Shown here piece after piece: positions 10,966-20,990 of a stretch of 64,000 nucleotides of DNA (within the stretch, counting starts at the first letter, position 1; each line of letters starts with the position of its first letter). Under the pieces are notes generated by a model that was not told the DNA's origin, searched no databases, and saw only the letters and a program-made list of their open reading frames with translations. Location of the stretch: assembly GCA_041649045.1 (NCBI GenBank), contig JBAZNV010000001.1, positions 19,756 through 83,755 on the forward strand. Reading direction: 5' to 3'. Both the position numbers and the translations under genes were made by a program. This DNA comes from Candidatus Pacearchaeota archaeon (GTDB lineage: Archaea > Nanobdellota > Nanobdellia > Pacearchaeales > GW2011-AR1).

Positions 10966-11220
10966 TTATTTTAATTTTTTGAAGGAGTCAATGGCCGAAT
11001 CAATTTCTTTTTCAAGTTGTGCGATTGCGTCTTTGAGCGTTTTTTTCGCGTTATCAGATTCTATATGTAATATTGGATTTTTAGATGGATGGTCTCTTCT
11101 CCATGTCGCAATTTTGGCATCGTTTTTGTTGAGGTATGCTCTTAAAACTTCTGCGATTGTAAGACTTCCAAGCTCGATATCAAGTTCAGTTTTTTCGTCT
11201 TTAAGTATTTTGATTTCCAT
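10966..11220 (-). CDS. rpoL: DNA-directed RNA polymerase subunit L (Rpo11)
   Basis: MEIKILKDEKTELDIEL...HPSKNPILHIESD pattern of RpoL; start reassigned to internal Met to avoid overlap. Confidence 0.7.
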   Translation of the reverse strand: MEIKILKDEKTELDIELGSLTIAEVLRAYLNKNDAKIATWRRDHPSKNPILHIESDNAKKTLKDAIAQLEKEIDSAIDSFKKLK

Positions 11221-11273
11221 TAATATATGGAATAAAATTGGTTTAAAAGCGTTTTGGTTTATGGGGCTTTGTC

Positions 11274-13700
11274 GTGGTTTACCAAACAATTTTTAAAGAT
11301 AATGCCATCTATTTTTCTATGCAATCGCTTAGAGAAACAAAAAATTGGAGTGTTGAAATAGAAAAAGAAATTACCGAGAAATGGAAAAATTCAGAATTGT
11401 TTAATTTTAATTTAGAGACAAAGAAAAAAATTTATTCGATTGACACACCGCCACCTTATATTAATGCGCCGATTCATATTGGGCAGGCGATAACGTATTG
11501 TTTCATGGATATGTTTGCACGGTTCAGGAGAATGAAAGGTTATGAAGTGATTTTCCCCTTGGGGCTCGACAGAAATGGACTTCCAATAGAAGTAGGTGCT
11601 GAAAAAAAATATAAAATTTCGGCTTTTGACATGAAAAGAAAAGAATTTATAGAATATTGCTACAAACTTTTGGAGGAAACCGCTGGCGAATCAATTGATT
11701 CATTTTCTCGTCTTGGAATTTCTTTTTCTTCTTATAAAGAAGGGGATAGTGTTGGGGCTATCTATAAAACGGATTCTCCGAGTTATCGGTCATTAACGCA
11801 AAAAACATTTATTGAGCTTTTTAAAAGAGGACTGATTTATGAAGATACAAGAATAAATAATTGGGATTCAAAATTAAGGACAACAATTGCTGATTCGGAG
11901 ATTGAATACAAGGATGTGCCGTCAACGTTTAATTATGTGAAGTGGAAAGTAAAAGAAAGCGGAGAGGAAATTGTCATTGGGACAACCAGACCCGAGCTTA
12001 TTTGTACATGCGGGATGGTGATATTTAATCCTGATGACGATAGATTTAAGCATCTGGACGGTAAAATTGCGATAACGCCTTTATTTGGGAAGGAAGTTCC
12101 AATCAAGGCTCATCCACTTGCCCAGACAGATAAGGGAACTGGTATTGCGATGATGTGCTCGGCCGGAGATTTATCTGACATACAGTTTTTTCGTGAGGAA
12201 GGATTGAAGCCAGAGATTGCCATAGATAAAGAAGGGAGGATGAATGAAAAGGCCGGTAAGTTTGCCGGATTAAAAGTAAAAGAAGCTCGGGACAAAATAA
12301 TAGAAACTCTCAAAGAAAAAAATCTTCTCGAGAGGCAAGAAAAAATAATTCATAGGACTCCGATTTCAGAAAGGTCGGGTGTTGAAATAGAATTTATTGA
12401 AATGTCGGAGTTTTATCTCAAGCAATTAGAATTAAAAGAAAATATAAAAAAAATTTCTAATAAAATGAATTTTTACCCTGACTTTTCGAAAAAGATTTTA
12501 TTTAGTTGGATAGACTCGATTTCAATTGATTGGCCGATTTCGAGACGAAGATTTTATGCGACGGAAATTCCTTTGTGGTATTCTGAAAAAGACGGGGAAA
12601 AATTGGTCGCGATTCCGACTGAAATAGGTTATTATCAGCCATGGAAACAATCTCCTCCGCAAACTTCAGAAGTTTATTCTAATGGGGAAAGGGTTGGGAA
12701 CTTTGGTGATTTTGAAAACTTGGACTGGATAGGCGAAGAAAGAGTCTTGGATACATGGATGGATTCTTCGATTTCAGAATTAGTAATATTAAAATACAAA
12801 CGTGATGACGAATTTTTCAAGAAAGCCTTTCCGTCGTCGCTACGACCCCAGGGGAAAGATATAATTCGTACATGGCTTTATTATACAATTCTTAGAGGAT
12901 ATCTTGAAACTGGCAAGGCTTGTTTTGAAGATGTTTGGATTCACCAACATATTGTCGATGCAAATGGCAATAAAATGAGCAAGAGCAAGGGAAATGTTAT
13001 TGACCCGCACATGCTTTTGGAGAAATATGGTGCCGAAGCAATAAGACTTTGGGCATCAACAGAAGGAGATTTATCTCAACAGGACTTTAAATGTTCCGAA
13101 AATAGGATTGAAGGCGAGAAAAAAACTTTAAACAAGCTGCTTAATGTTTCTAAATTTGTCATGATGTTTGAAAAACCACAGAAGATAAAATTGAATTCTT
13201 TAGACAAACTTTTTGTGGATTATATGGAAAATTTAACAAAAAGAACAGAAGAATTTTTTTCTAAGTATGATTTTAATCATCCTGCTCAGGAATTAAGGCA
13301 ATTTCTTTGGGATATTTTTGCGTCAAATTATATAGAACTTGTCAAAAGCAGGGCATATAATGAGGAAGATAAATTCACAAAAGAAGAATCGGCCTCGGCA
13401 AAATACACGTTGCATTATTTGCTTGAGAGATTAATATTGCTTTTATATCCGATTATTCCTCAGATTACATCATTTATTTCTAACGAAAAAGGGATTGATT
13501 TGATTAAAAGTGAGTGGCCAAAAGTTAAAGTTTCAAAAAGTGACTTGACAAAAGTAAGCAAGATAATAGAATTCAATAGTTTTATTTGGAAGACAAAAAA
13601 AGAAAGAGGGATTTCATTAAAAGGATCAATTGAAGGAATAGACATCCCAGAAGAACTTAAAGAATTTGAGAAAGATTTGAAGGCTGCTCATAATATATAG
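11274..13700 (+). CDS. leuS: leucyl-tRNA synthetase (class I; archaeal type); HIGH motif reads HIGQ
   Basis: PIHIGQA...ARFRRMKGYEVIFPLG, DTWMDSS, KMSKSKGN; resembles archaeal LeuRS N-terminus; true start may be internal Met at 11319. Confidence 0.65.
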   Translation: MVYQTIFKDNAIYFSMQSLRETKNWSVEIEKEITEKWKNSELFNFNLETKKKIYSIDTPPPYINAPIHIGQAITYCFMDMFARFRRMKGYEVIFPLGLDRNGLPIEVGAEKKYKISAFDMKRKEFIEYCYKLLEETAGESIDSFSRLGISFSSYKEGDSVGAIYKTDSPSYRSLTQKTFIELFKRGLIYEDTRINNWDSKLRTTIADSEIEYKDVPSTFNYVKWKVKESGEEIVIGTTRPELICTCGMVIFNPDDDRFKHLDGKIAITPLFGKEVPIKAHPLAQTDKGTGIAMMCSAGDLSDIQFFREEGLKPEIAIDKEGRMNEKAGKFAGLKVKEARDKIIETLKEKNLLERQEKIIHRTPISERSGVEIEFIEMSEFYLKQLELKENIKKISNKMNFYPDFSKKILFSWIDSISIDWPISRRRFYATEIPLWYSEKDGEKLVAIPTEIGYYQPWKQSPPQTSEVYSNGERVGNFGDFENLDWIGEERVLDTWMDSSISELVILKYKRDDEFFKKAFPSSLRPQGKDIIRTWLYYTILRGYLETGKACFEDVWIHQHIVDANGNKMSKSKGNVIDPHMLLEKYGAEAIRLWASTEGDLSQQDFKCSENRIEGEKKTLNKLLNVSKFVMMFEKPQKIKLNSLDKLFVDYMENLTKRTEEFFSKYDFNHPAQELRQFLWDIFASNYIELVKSRAYNEEDKFTKEESASAKYTLHYLLERLILLLYPIIPQITSFISNEKGIDLIKSEWPKVKVSKSDLTKVSKIIEFNSFIWKTKKERGISLKGSIEGIDIPEELKEFEKDLKAAHNI

Positions 13701-13747
13701 ATTTTGTTTTATTGTTGGCATTTTGGATATTATTAATCCCGTCTTTG

Positions 13748-14932
13748 TTAAATTATCTTCAAATTTTTTAAAACTTCAGAAAAAAGTTCACTTGGAATTG
13801 ATTTGCCCATTTTTGGTGGGCATCCACAATTAAAAATCCCAGCTCTTTTACAATTTTCGGAATTAATCCAAATTTCTTTTAACGGTTTCTCCCAAATGTT
13901 TCCAAAAATTGTAACATCGTCGCCAGGACATCTTAAAACTGTTCCAGTTAAAGTCACATACATTCCGCACGCAACTTGATTGCAAGGATGTGCGCCCGCA
14001 TAAGATGAAATCCCTTCATCTTCAATTTGTTTTAATGTTTGGATTCCTCTCTCTATATTAAACTGATAAATTTTTGTGTAAAGCTCAATCAATTTTTCTT
14101 TTGAGGGAGTTATTTTTTTCCAATCTTCTTCTTTCGCACATCTTCCGCTAACCATCGTCGGGCAGACAATGACATAAATATTTCTGACTCTTGCCCATTT
14201 GTAAATTTCCAAAATTTCGTTATAATTGTCTTTTGTGATTGGATTTGCCGCCAGACAAAGATGAGTTGGATTCGTTTTATTAAATCCTTCCTTAACGAAA
14301 AGAGTTAAAGCTTTATTTCTTTTTTCTGTATAACCATTTATACCACCAACCATTTTATCTTGAATTTCAGAATCAAAAGAATTAAACCCCAATAAAATAC
14401 TAACATTAAGTTTTTTTAATTCCTTAACAAGTTCTTCGCCAGTATGAATTCCATAACTGGAATAATATCTTTCTACTAATTTATCGTCGCCGATAACATG
14501 ACCTTTCGTAAATATCGCAGGAGTTATATCTAAGTTTTTTAATTCTCTTAAAAATTGCAAAAAATTTTTATCTTCGAATGGCTCTCCAGCCCCAAGAAAT
14601 TTTACGGTTTTAAGTCCAAGTTTTTTTGCTTCTTTAATCATGCTCACAATAGAATCATAATCCATCAATTTTTGGTTGCCTAAATCAACTTTATTATTTC
14701 TTCTGAAACAATGAGGACAATTTAAAGAACAAATATTTCCAAAATCAATATCTATGCCGAGTAATTTTCCTTTGTTTTTTTCTAAAATTTCTTTGGGGAA
14801 AGAACCCCATCCATTAACATCATTAATAAAATTTTTTGGGAATTTATTTTTATATAAAATAGGAATTTCTGGAATAATTTTCATAAAATTAATAAGAAAT
14901 CTTATTAATAAAGTTAACTTGAAATTACTCAA
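13748..14932 (-). CDS. radical SAM protein with C-terminal Cys-rich (SPASM/twitch-like) domain
   Basis: CxxxCxxC (CSLNCPHC) plus C-terminal CNQVAC...RCPGDD...CKRAGIFNCGC. Confidence 0.6.
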   Translation of the reverse strand: MSNFKLTLLIRFLINFMKIIPEIPILYKNKFPKNFINDVNGWGSFPKEILEKNKGKLLGIDIDFGNICSLNCPHCFRRNNKVDLGNQKLMDYDSIVSMIKEAKKLGLKTVKFLGAGEPFEDKNFLQFLRELKNLDITPAIFTKGHVIGDDKLVERYYSSYGIHTGEELVKELKKLNVSILLGFNSFDSEIQDKMVGGINGYTEKRNKALTLFVKEGFNKTNPTHLCLAANPITKDNYNEILEIYKWARVRNIYVIVCPTMVSGRCAKEEDWKKITPSKEKLIELYTKIYQFNIERGIQTLKQIEDEGISSYAGAHPCNQVACGMYVTLTGTVLRCPGDDVTIFGNIWEKPLKEIWINSENCKRAGIFNCGCPPKMGKSIPSELFSEVLKNLKII

Positions 14933-15019
14933 ATAAAATTACTTATTTAACAAGAGCTACTTATTTAACAAAGCCATTAATCCCGAAGCTCTTTTAAACC
15001 CTTCAAACTTTCTTATTTA

Positions 15020-16120
15020 ATGGTATTAAGCGAAGCACAAAAATTTGAATTAGAGAATTTAATTGAAGAGCTCGAGAAATATCGTGGTCGGCACACAGAA
15101 TTGATTACGGTGATGGTCCCAGCTGGGGCTACGCTTACTCAAACAACAAAGCAGCTTGAGGACGAAAAGGGTACGGCAACAAATATCAAATCTACAGGGA
15201 CACGTAAAAATGTTATCAATGCGTTAGAGAGAGCAATTAGAAAATTGAAAGAAATCGGGAGAACTCCTGAAAACGGACTGGCAGTTTTTTCTGGGAACAT
15301 TTCTGATGTCGAAGGTCAGGAAGATTTAAGAATTTGGGCAATTGAACCTCCAAAAAAATTGAGGGTTAAAATTTATAGATGTGATCAAACTTTTGTTTTA
15401 GATCCGTTAAAGGAAATGCTTGAAACTGAAGAGGTATATGGACTTTTAATTATTGAAAGGAATGAAGCCTCAATTGGGATTCTTGACGGGAAACATATCA
15501 AGTTGTTGCAAAATTTGACTTCGGGAATTCCTGGCAAGACAAGAGCGGGCGGTCAGTCGGCAGCAAGATTTGGAAGGATTCGGGAGTCGCTTGCCAAAGA
15601 ATTTTTCAAAAGAGTTGCCGAGGCAATGAAAGTTCATTTTTTTGAGAATAAAAAATTGAAAGGGATTTTGATTGGTGGCCCGATTCCTACGAAAGAAGAG
15701 TTTTTAGAACAAGGCCAGCTTGTAACCGCCTTGAAAGAAAAGGTTATTGCAGTTAAAGATTTAGGGGGGACTGAATTGCCGGGTTTGCAGGAATTAGTAG
15801 AACTTTCGCAGGATGTTTTGGCTGAACAAGAAATTACAAAGCAAAAGCAGATTCTTGACGAGTTTTTTACGAAACTTGCGAAGGAACCAGATAAAGTTTC
15901 GTATGGCGAAGCTGAGGTTGAAGATCGTCTTAATCGCGGCGCTGTCGAAAAATTAGTTTTGTCAAAGTCGCTTGCCAAGGAAAAAATCAAAAAATTTGAG
16001 GAACTCGCGAAATCCTTTTCGTCCGAGATTCATATTGTCACAAAAGATACAACTCAGGGAGTCCAGTTTGATAATTTGGGCGGGGTTGGCGCTATTTTAA
16101 GGTTTATGGTTGTAGATTAA
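15020..16120 (+). CDS. prf1: peptide chain release factor aRF1
   Basis: NIKS motif (TATNIKS) and GGQ motif (TRAGGQSAARF). Confidence 0.85.
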   Translation: MVLSEAQKFELENLIEELEKYRGRHTELITVMVPAGATLTQTTKQLEDEKGTATNIKSTGTRKNVINALERAIRKLKEIGRTPENGLAVFSGNISDVEGQEDLRIWAIEPPKKLRVKIYRCDQTFVLDPLKEMLETEEVYGLLIIERNEASIGILDGKHIKLLQNLTSGIPGKTRAGGQSAARFGRIRESLAKEFFKRVAEAMKVHFFENKKLKGILIGGPIPTKEEFLEQGQLVTALKEKVIAVKDLGGTELPGLQELVELSQDVLAEQEITKQKQILDEFFTKLAKEPDKVSYGEAEVEDRLNRGAVEKLVLSKSLAKEKIKKFEELAKSFSSEIHIVTKDTTQGVQFDNLGGVGAILRFMVVD

Positions 16121-16534
16121 TTAAACATCAAGCACGGCTTCACAAACCCATTTGTTATCAATTTGTTTTATAATCATTTCATTGTAGGTTATGGCTTTCA
16201 CATCATTGGTAAATACATAGTTTTCGGCCTTGTCTCCTACAAAAGTTGCTTTGAGTATAAAATTATCTTTATCAATTGTCAGATTCCTAACAGAAGAAAC
16301 TAAAAAATCTTTAGAATCAAGCAAAATCAGGAATTCTTCTAAAAAATTGTACAATAAATTTTCCAGATCTTTGCCTGAAATTTCAATATTTTCCTCTTCT
16401 TGTTCTAATATTTTGATGTCTCCTCTTATTGTTTCATTAAGCGCATCAGCGGCAAAAACAAAAACTTCTTCCAGCGAGAACGCTTCTGCTCTAAACTTTA
16501 CGTCTGCAGTGTGTTCCAAAAAAATATAAGACAT
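16121..16534 (-). CDS. archease (RtcB activator)
   Basis: EHTADVKFRAEAFSLEEVF archease signature; 137 aa. Confidence 0.75.
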   Translation of the reverse strand: MSYIFLEHTADVKFRAEAFSLEEVFVFAADALNETIRGDIKILEQEEENIEISGKDLENLLYNFLEEFLILLDSKDFLVSSVRNLTIDKDNFILKATFVGDKAENYVFTNDVKAITYNEMIIKQIDNKWVCEAVLDV

Positions 16535-16677
16535 ATTTTTAATAAGAAAAATGAGTATTTATGTTTATTGATTTGCGAGAGTGTTGAGTTTTTGTGGCTT
16601 GAATAGCGGTGTTAATCGGGCGGCTTTAATGATTTTTGGGATGACCCGAGTCATTTTGTTCCATAAAGAAAATAGAA

Positions 16678-17301
16678 TTATTTTAATACTTTTCCTGTTT
16701 CAATGTACCATAGATAAAGATCGAGTTCGGCCAAGTTTAAGCAGACTTTTTTACCCAAATCTTCAAGAATTTTTTCAATTTCTAAATATTTTTTTTTATT
16801 TAGTGTTTCTTTGGATCTGTCAAATTCAATCAAACCTTCTCTTTTTAATAGGTCGACGATATGAAAATCGATGATTGCGATGTCCTTAAAGCCAATGTTT
16901 CTTAAAAAATGACTGGCTTCTTTCATGCCAAGTCCCTTAATATTTTTCACAAGTTTTTCTCTTCGTTCTTTTCCTTCGCCAATCATGTTTAACAAATCGT
17001 TTTCGCAGCTTCTTGCTTTGTAAATATAGTTTGCTCTTGCATTTGGGAAACGGTGTCCGTGTTTTTTAAGTTGGTTCGCCATTTCTTTTTCTGATAGCAG
17101 CGAAAAATCTCGTCCCATTTCTTTTTGTATACTAATGCATCTTTCGGCGGAAAAATTGGCGGTCAGCAGGCAAAAACAAAGTTCTCCAAAGACAGCATCT
17201 TTTTTCTTTTTCCCAAGTTCTTCAAATTCACGCATCCTTTCAGAAATAGTCTTGGCAATATCCTCTTTTTTGAGTTTATTTATTTGATTAATTAAATTCA
17301 T
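16678..17301 (-). CDS. ogg: N-glycosylase/DNA lyase, archaeal Ogg2-type (HhH-GPD)
   Basis: HhH GLGMKEASHFLRNIGFKDIAIIDFHIV; 207 aa typical of Ogg2. Confidence 0.7.
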   Translation of the reverse strand: MNLINQINKLKKEDIAKTISERMREFEELGKKKKDAVFGELCFCLLTANFSAERCISIQKEMGRDFSLLSEKEMANQLKKHGHRFPNARANYIYKARSCENDLLNMIGEGKERREKLVKNIKGLGMKEASHFLRNIGFKDIAIIDFHIVDLLKREGLIEFDRSKETLNKKKYLEIEKILEDLGKKVCLNLAELDLYLWYIETGKVLK

Positions 17302-17323
17302 AAGAAGAATAATCTTTTAATCT

Positions 17324-18232
17324 TTATATATTTTTAAAAATTAGAACTATGGATATAAGAATTAATATAACAAAAATAATCAAAACATAGTGAATCCAGC
17401 TCAAATTTTCGAAAAAATTTGAGGTTTGTGCTTCCTTGATTGCAGAATCCGAGTCGTTGCCCAAATTTATTGAAGAGCTTGTGGCTTTATTAGATGTAAA
17501 TATTACAGGGGTTTCATCTTCAATTTCTCTAACTACAGTTCTTTTAGAATCTGAAGTTGATTTTGACGTTTTTTCACTGTCGAAAATCGAATTTCCCAAA
17601 CTGCCATCGGAATTTATTATGAATAGTTTTATTGTGTAAATTTTATTTTCTTTCAAATTTTCTGCTTTGTATGAATTTTCTTCGCTTGACAAATTAACCT
17701 TGTTAATTTCATTGATATAGACGGCTATGCCGGAAAAATTTTCAGATGGGTTTTCCCATTCCCATAAAATCCATGATTTGGATTTGTCTGCAACTTTCAA
17801 GTTTGAGATTGTGAAATCCGCAGTTTCATTTTGTTGTTCGCTATATACATAAAAAGCAATCCCTTCAGGAGTCCAAACATTATTAGCATAAGTTTCAAGA
17901 ATATGATTTTTTTCATTTTCATCAGCTGTATAGAAATGTGAACTTGTCAATGGACTCCAAAACCTATACACCGGCACTGTATTCTCCTGTTGTTCGCTAT
18001 ATACATAAAAAGCAATCCCTTCAGGAGTCCAAACATTATTAGCATAAGTTTCAAGAATATGATTTTTTTCATTTTCATCAGCTGTATAGAAATGTGAACT
18101 TGTCAATGGACTCCAAAACCTATACACCGGCACTGTATTCTCCTGTGCAGAAACAGTCATCGCTCCTAAAACTAAAAAAAGCACCAACGCCAATACTGTT
18201 TTTGTTAACTTGTTTTCCATCTTAATTATCAC
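17324..18232 (-). CDS. secreted surface protein with two identical DUF5648-like (YRFW...HFYT) repeats and C-terminal TM anchor
   Basis: Signal peptide; 52-aa unit VYRFWSPLTSSHFYT...GIAFYVY repeated twice; C-terminal TM. Confidence 0.6.
   Translation of the reverse strand: MIIKMENKLTKTVLALVLFLVLGAMTVSAQENTVPVYRFWSPLTSSHFYTADENEKNHILETYANNVWTPEGIAFYVYSEQQENTVPVYRFWSPLTSSHFYTADENEKNHILETYANNVWTPEGIAFYVYSEQQNETADFTISNLKVADKSKSWILWEWENPSENFSGIAVYINEINKVNLSSEENSYKAENLKENKIYTIKLFIINSDGSLGNSIFDSEKTSKSTSDSKRTVVREIEDETPVIFTSNKATSSSINLGNDSDSAIKEAQTSNFFENLSWIHYVLIIFVILILISIVLIFKNI
17833..18144. repeat. perfect 156-bp tandem duplication (2 copies) inside surface-protein gene
   Basis: 17833..17988 identical to 17989..18144. 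Confidence 0.9.
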
Positions 18233-18321
18233 CAGAACTCTTTTTCCCTTAGGATAGAAAGTTATAGTTTTTTTTGTTTATAAACATTTCTATTCTGGGA
18301 AAAAAGGTATACCAACTTATA

Positions 18322-18654
18322 CTAATGTTGTATGTTATAGTTATTTGTTTTTTTCGTCGCTATAACAATGAAAATAAAAATTGATAGAAATAAAACGACA
18401 AAAAAACTTAAAATAGAATCTAAATTTCCTTTAGGAATATCAAAGTAAAATACGCTAAAAAAGTTAATTGCCAAAAATATAATTAACAAAATATATCCTT
18501 GCCATGTTATTGGAATCCAGCCATATCCAATGTCTTTTGAAAAAATTCCATTTCTTTTTCTAAACCATGGAGTTGGAATTTTTGGGGTTTGGGTCTCTTT
18601 TATTTTTTCTAAATTAATATTTTTAATTTTTTTTATGTTCTTTTTTTTTGCCAT
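18322..18654 (-). CDS. hypothetical membrane protein
   Basis: Lys-rich N-terminus and two predicted TM helices. Confidence 0.4.
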   Translation of the reverse strand: MAKKKNIKKIKNINLEKIKETQTPKIPTPWFRKRNGIFSKDIGYGWIPITWQGYILLIIFLAINFFSVFYFDIPKGNLDSILSFFVVLFLSIFIFIVIATKKTNNYNIQH

Positions 18655-18664
18655 TATCTACCTT

Positions 18665-19237
18665 TTAATAATTTTCTACCCACATTTCGTAATATTCTCT
18701 TTTGTGTTTGCATGCGGGACATACGACGGGGGCTTCGTCGCCTTCGTGTATATATCCGCAATTTCTACATTTCCATTTTACAGGACTTTCTTTTTTAAAA
18801 ACATTTCTCTTTTTAATGTTATCCAAAAGTTTTCTGTATCTTTTTTCGTGCTGTTCTTCAACCTCGGCAATTTCTTTGAAGGAATCTGCAATATCCTGGA
18901 AGCCTTCATTTCTTGCGATTTCCTCGAATTCGGGATATAACATTCCCCATTCCATTTTTTCTCCTTCAGCTGCTTCCAAGAGGTTTTCTTCCGTTGTCCC
19001 AATTTTCCCAGCGGGATAATTTGCCTGAATTTTTAATTCTCCTCCCTCAAGATATTTGAAAAAAATTTCTGCATGTTCTTTTTCGTTGTCTGCAGTTTCC
19101 AAAAAAAATCCTTCTATTTGTCGATATCCTTCTTTTCTCGCAACTGAAGCGAAGTACGTGTAACGGTTACGAGCCTGGCTCTCGCCAGCGAAGGACTTCA
19201 GAAGATTTTTTTCAGTTTCGCTTCCTTTAAAATCCAT
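18665..19237 (-). CDS. rbr: rubrerythrin
   Basis: Ferritin-like E...EXXH pairs and C-terminal rubredoxin CRNCG...CPAC. Confidence 0.8.
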   Translation of the reverse strand: MDFKGSETEKNLLKSFAGESQARNRYTYFASVARKEGYRQIEGFFLETADNEKEHAEIFFKYLEGGELKIQANYPAGKIGTTEENLLEAAEGEKMEWGMLYPEFEEIARNEGFQDIADSFKEIAEVEEQHEKRYRKLLDNIKKRNVFKKESPVKWKCRNCGYIHEGDEAPVVCPACKHKREYYEMWVENY

Positions 19238-19451
19238 AAACAGTTATGTCTCAAGAAGTTTAAAAATGTTTGCGGTTATAGGGCTTGCCGAAAAAATCCT
19301 TGGTAAATTTCTTCACTGGGGTTTATCTGGTAGCTTGCTGTGAAATGAAGCTAAGTTGAACGATGGTTATTGGTTGGTATTTTAATTTCTTATATTTTTA
19401 GACGGTATTATGCCAAAACTAGCAAACCCTTGAAAATGGTCAAAAAGGTAA

Positions 19452-19467
19452 ATAGCCCCTCCAGGAT
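19452..19467 (+). repeat. att-like direct repeat (distal copy of tRNA-Gln 3' end)
   Basis: Exact 16-mer match to tRNA-Gln 3' terminus. Confidence 0.6.
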
Positions 19468-19498
19468 GTCTGAGGATTTTGTATCAGTATTGTGGAAC

Positions 19499-20353
19499 TC
19501 ATATTTTTGTACCTTTTATTTTAAGTTCAGATTCAGGCCATTCTTTGAATATTTTTTCAGGATTTGCTTCCAAATTTTTGATCAAGTCTTTCGTTTGTTT
19601 AATCATATTTTTAAGATTATTGATTGCTTCCTTTTTTCTTGGATTTTTGCTTTTTTTAACATACTCCATGTATTTATTAAATCGGCGTATGTTTTCATAA
19701 AAACAATCTATTTTGTCATTATTAAGAGATTTATTAAAATATAATGACTTCCTTTTTTTGCGATTAGAATTTTTTTCAGTAAAATCATAACTTCCGTGAA
19801 ACAACCCGAAATCGTAAGGCTTGAAATTATTCTCCTCCTTATTCTCTCCGCGATATTTTTCAGTACACTTATCTATAATTCTTCTGCGATATTCTTCCCA
19901 TTCTGCCTCATTATTTTTTTCTGCTGAAGGATCAAGTTTTTTCAAAAATTCAGAATTAAATGACATAAAAACAATGTTGTTTATTTTTTCTAACGGAAAT
20001 TCCTCCTTAAGAAAGGTATATTTCGCCGGTAGGAAAAATATTTTTTGATTATTTTTAGGATGAAATTCATCAATCAAAAATTTCGGAAATGATTTTACTC
20101 CTAATGTGCCCGAATCGCCTCCAAGTTTAGATATTTTTTTATAATATTTAGAATTGTATTTTCCACCGTTCTTTTTGAATTCATCAAGTTGTTTTTGATC
20201 GCAGACCTTCTCTATAGATATGAGTTCGTCATCAAAATTTGAAAAAGCCAATAAATCCTTATGTTGCCATTTAATTTCGTTTAACATTTGTTTTGGAATT
20301 GTGAACATCTCTTGTTTTCCTCCTCTTTTCAATTTGCTTTCATTGGTGTACAT
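19499..20353 (-). CDS. hypothetical Lys-rich protein (element cargo)
   Basis: ORF only; no recognisable domain. Confidence 0.4.
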   Translation of the reverse strand: MYTNESKLKRGGKQEMFTIPKQMLNEIKWQHKDLLAFSNFDDELISIEKVCDQKQLDEFKKNGGKYNSKYYKKISKLGGDSGTLGVKSFPKFLIDEFHPKNNQKIFFLPAKYTFLKEEFPLEKINNIVFMSFNSEFLKKLDPSAEKNNEAEWEEYRRRIIDKCTEKYRGENKEENNFKPYDFGLFHGSYDFTEKNSNRKKRKSLYFNKSLNNDKIDCFYENIRRFNKYMEYVKKSKNPRKKEAINNLKNMIKQTKDLIKNLEANPEKIFKEWPESELKIKGTKI

Positions 20354-20463
20354 AATGTAGCTACATTGTGTCTATTTTTAAAACTTGCTATTTAGATACT
20401 TTTAGGATACTCACTATTCCGTTACGGCAAGTATTTTTAAAACAAAAAAACACAGAGGAGCTC

Positions 20464-20919
20464 ATGACGAAAGGACTTTATTCATTATTTCTGAGAAGAT
20501 TGTCAGAAATAAAATCCAGAAAAGAGATAATCCCTTTTCCGATGGTTTTTTCAAAATTGTGCAGTTGTTTCTCGATTACAAAAGCAGAATGCTGGGAGAT
20601 TCTTTTCCTGCTCCGGGATGTAGAATTTATTGAGATCATTCGAGCGCATGGAGTAAAAATTTTAAATAAAGATTATGAGGAACGAAATATTTCTGAGTCC
20701 CAGAAGTATTGCATTAGCAAGTGTTCTAAATGTAATAAAAATTTCAGAGCAAAGATTGCTGTTCGGGAAACATGTAACGAATGTGAAGAAAAATGGAAAG
20801 ATGAATTGGAAAATAAAGTTAAAAAAAGATTAAAGGATGATGAGAAAAATGGATTCAAAAATCCCGAATGGATAATTAAGCTTCAGGAAATAATGAAGGA
20901 AAAAGGAAATGAGTTTTAA
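20464..20919 (+). CDS. hypothetical protein with putative winged helix and C-terminal Cys4 zinc ribbon
   Basis: CSKCNKN...CNECEE; start at ATG 20464 preceded by GGAG. Confidence 0.4.
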   Translation: MTKGLYSLFLRRLSEIKSRKEIIPFPMVFSKLCSCFSITKAECWEILFLLRDVEFIEIIRAHGVKILNKDYEERNISESQKYCISKCSKCNKNFRAKIAVRETCNECEEKWKDELENKVKKRLKDDEKNGFKNPEWIIKLQEIMKEKGNEF

Positions 20920-20990
20920 TTTTACGTCTACAGCATAAAGAAAAATTTAATCGGTATAGACATATCGTTATAGTATATCGTAGAGGATTA

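Noticed and set aside
16581-16874. 97-aa plus-strand ORF spanning the archease-ogg intergenic region
   Set aside because: Overlaps the 3' end of ogg in antisense. The region more likely holds a promoter/terminator plus the GTGACCCGA motif.
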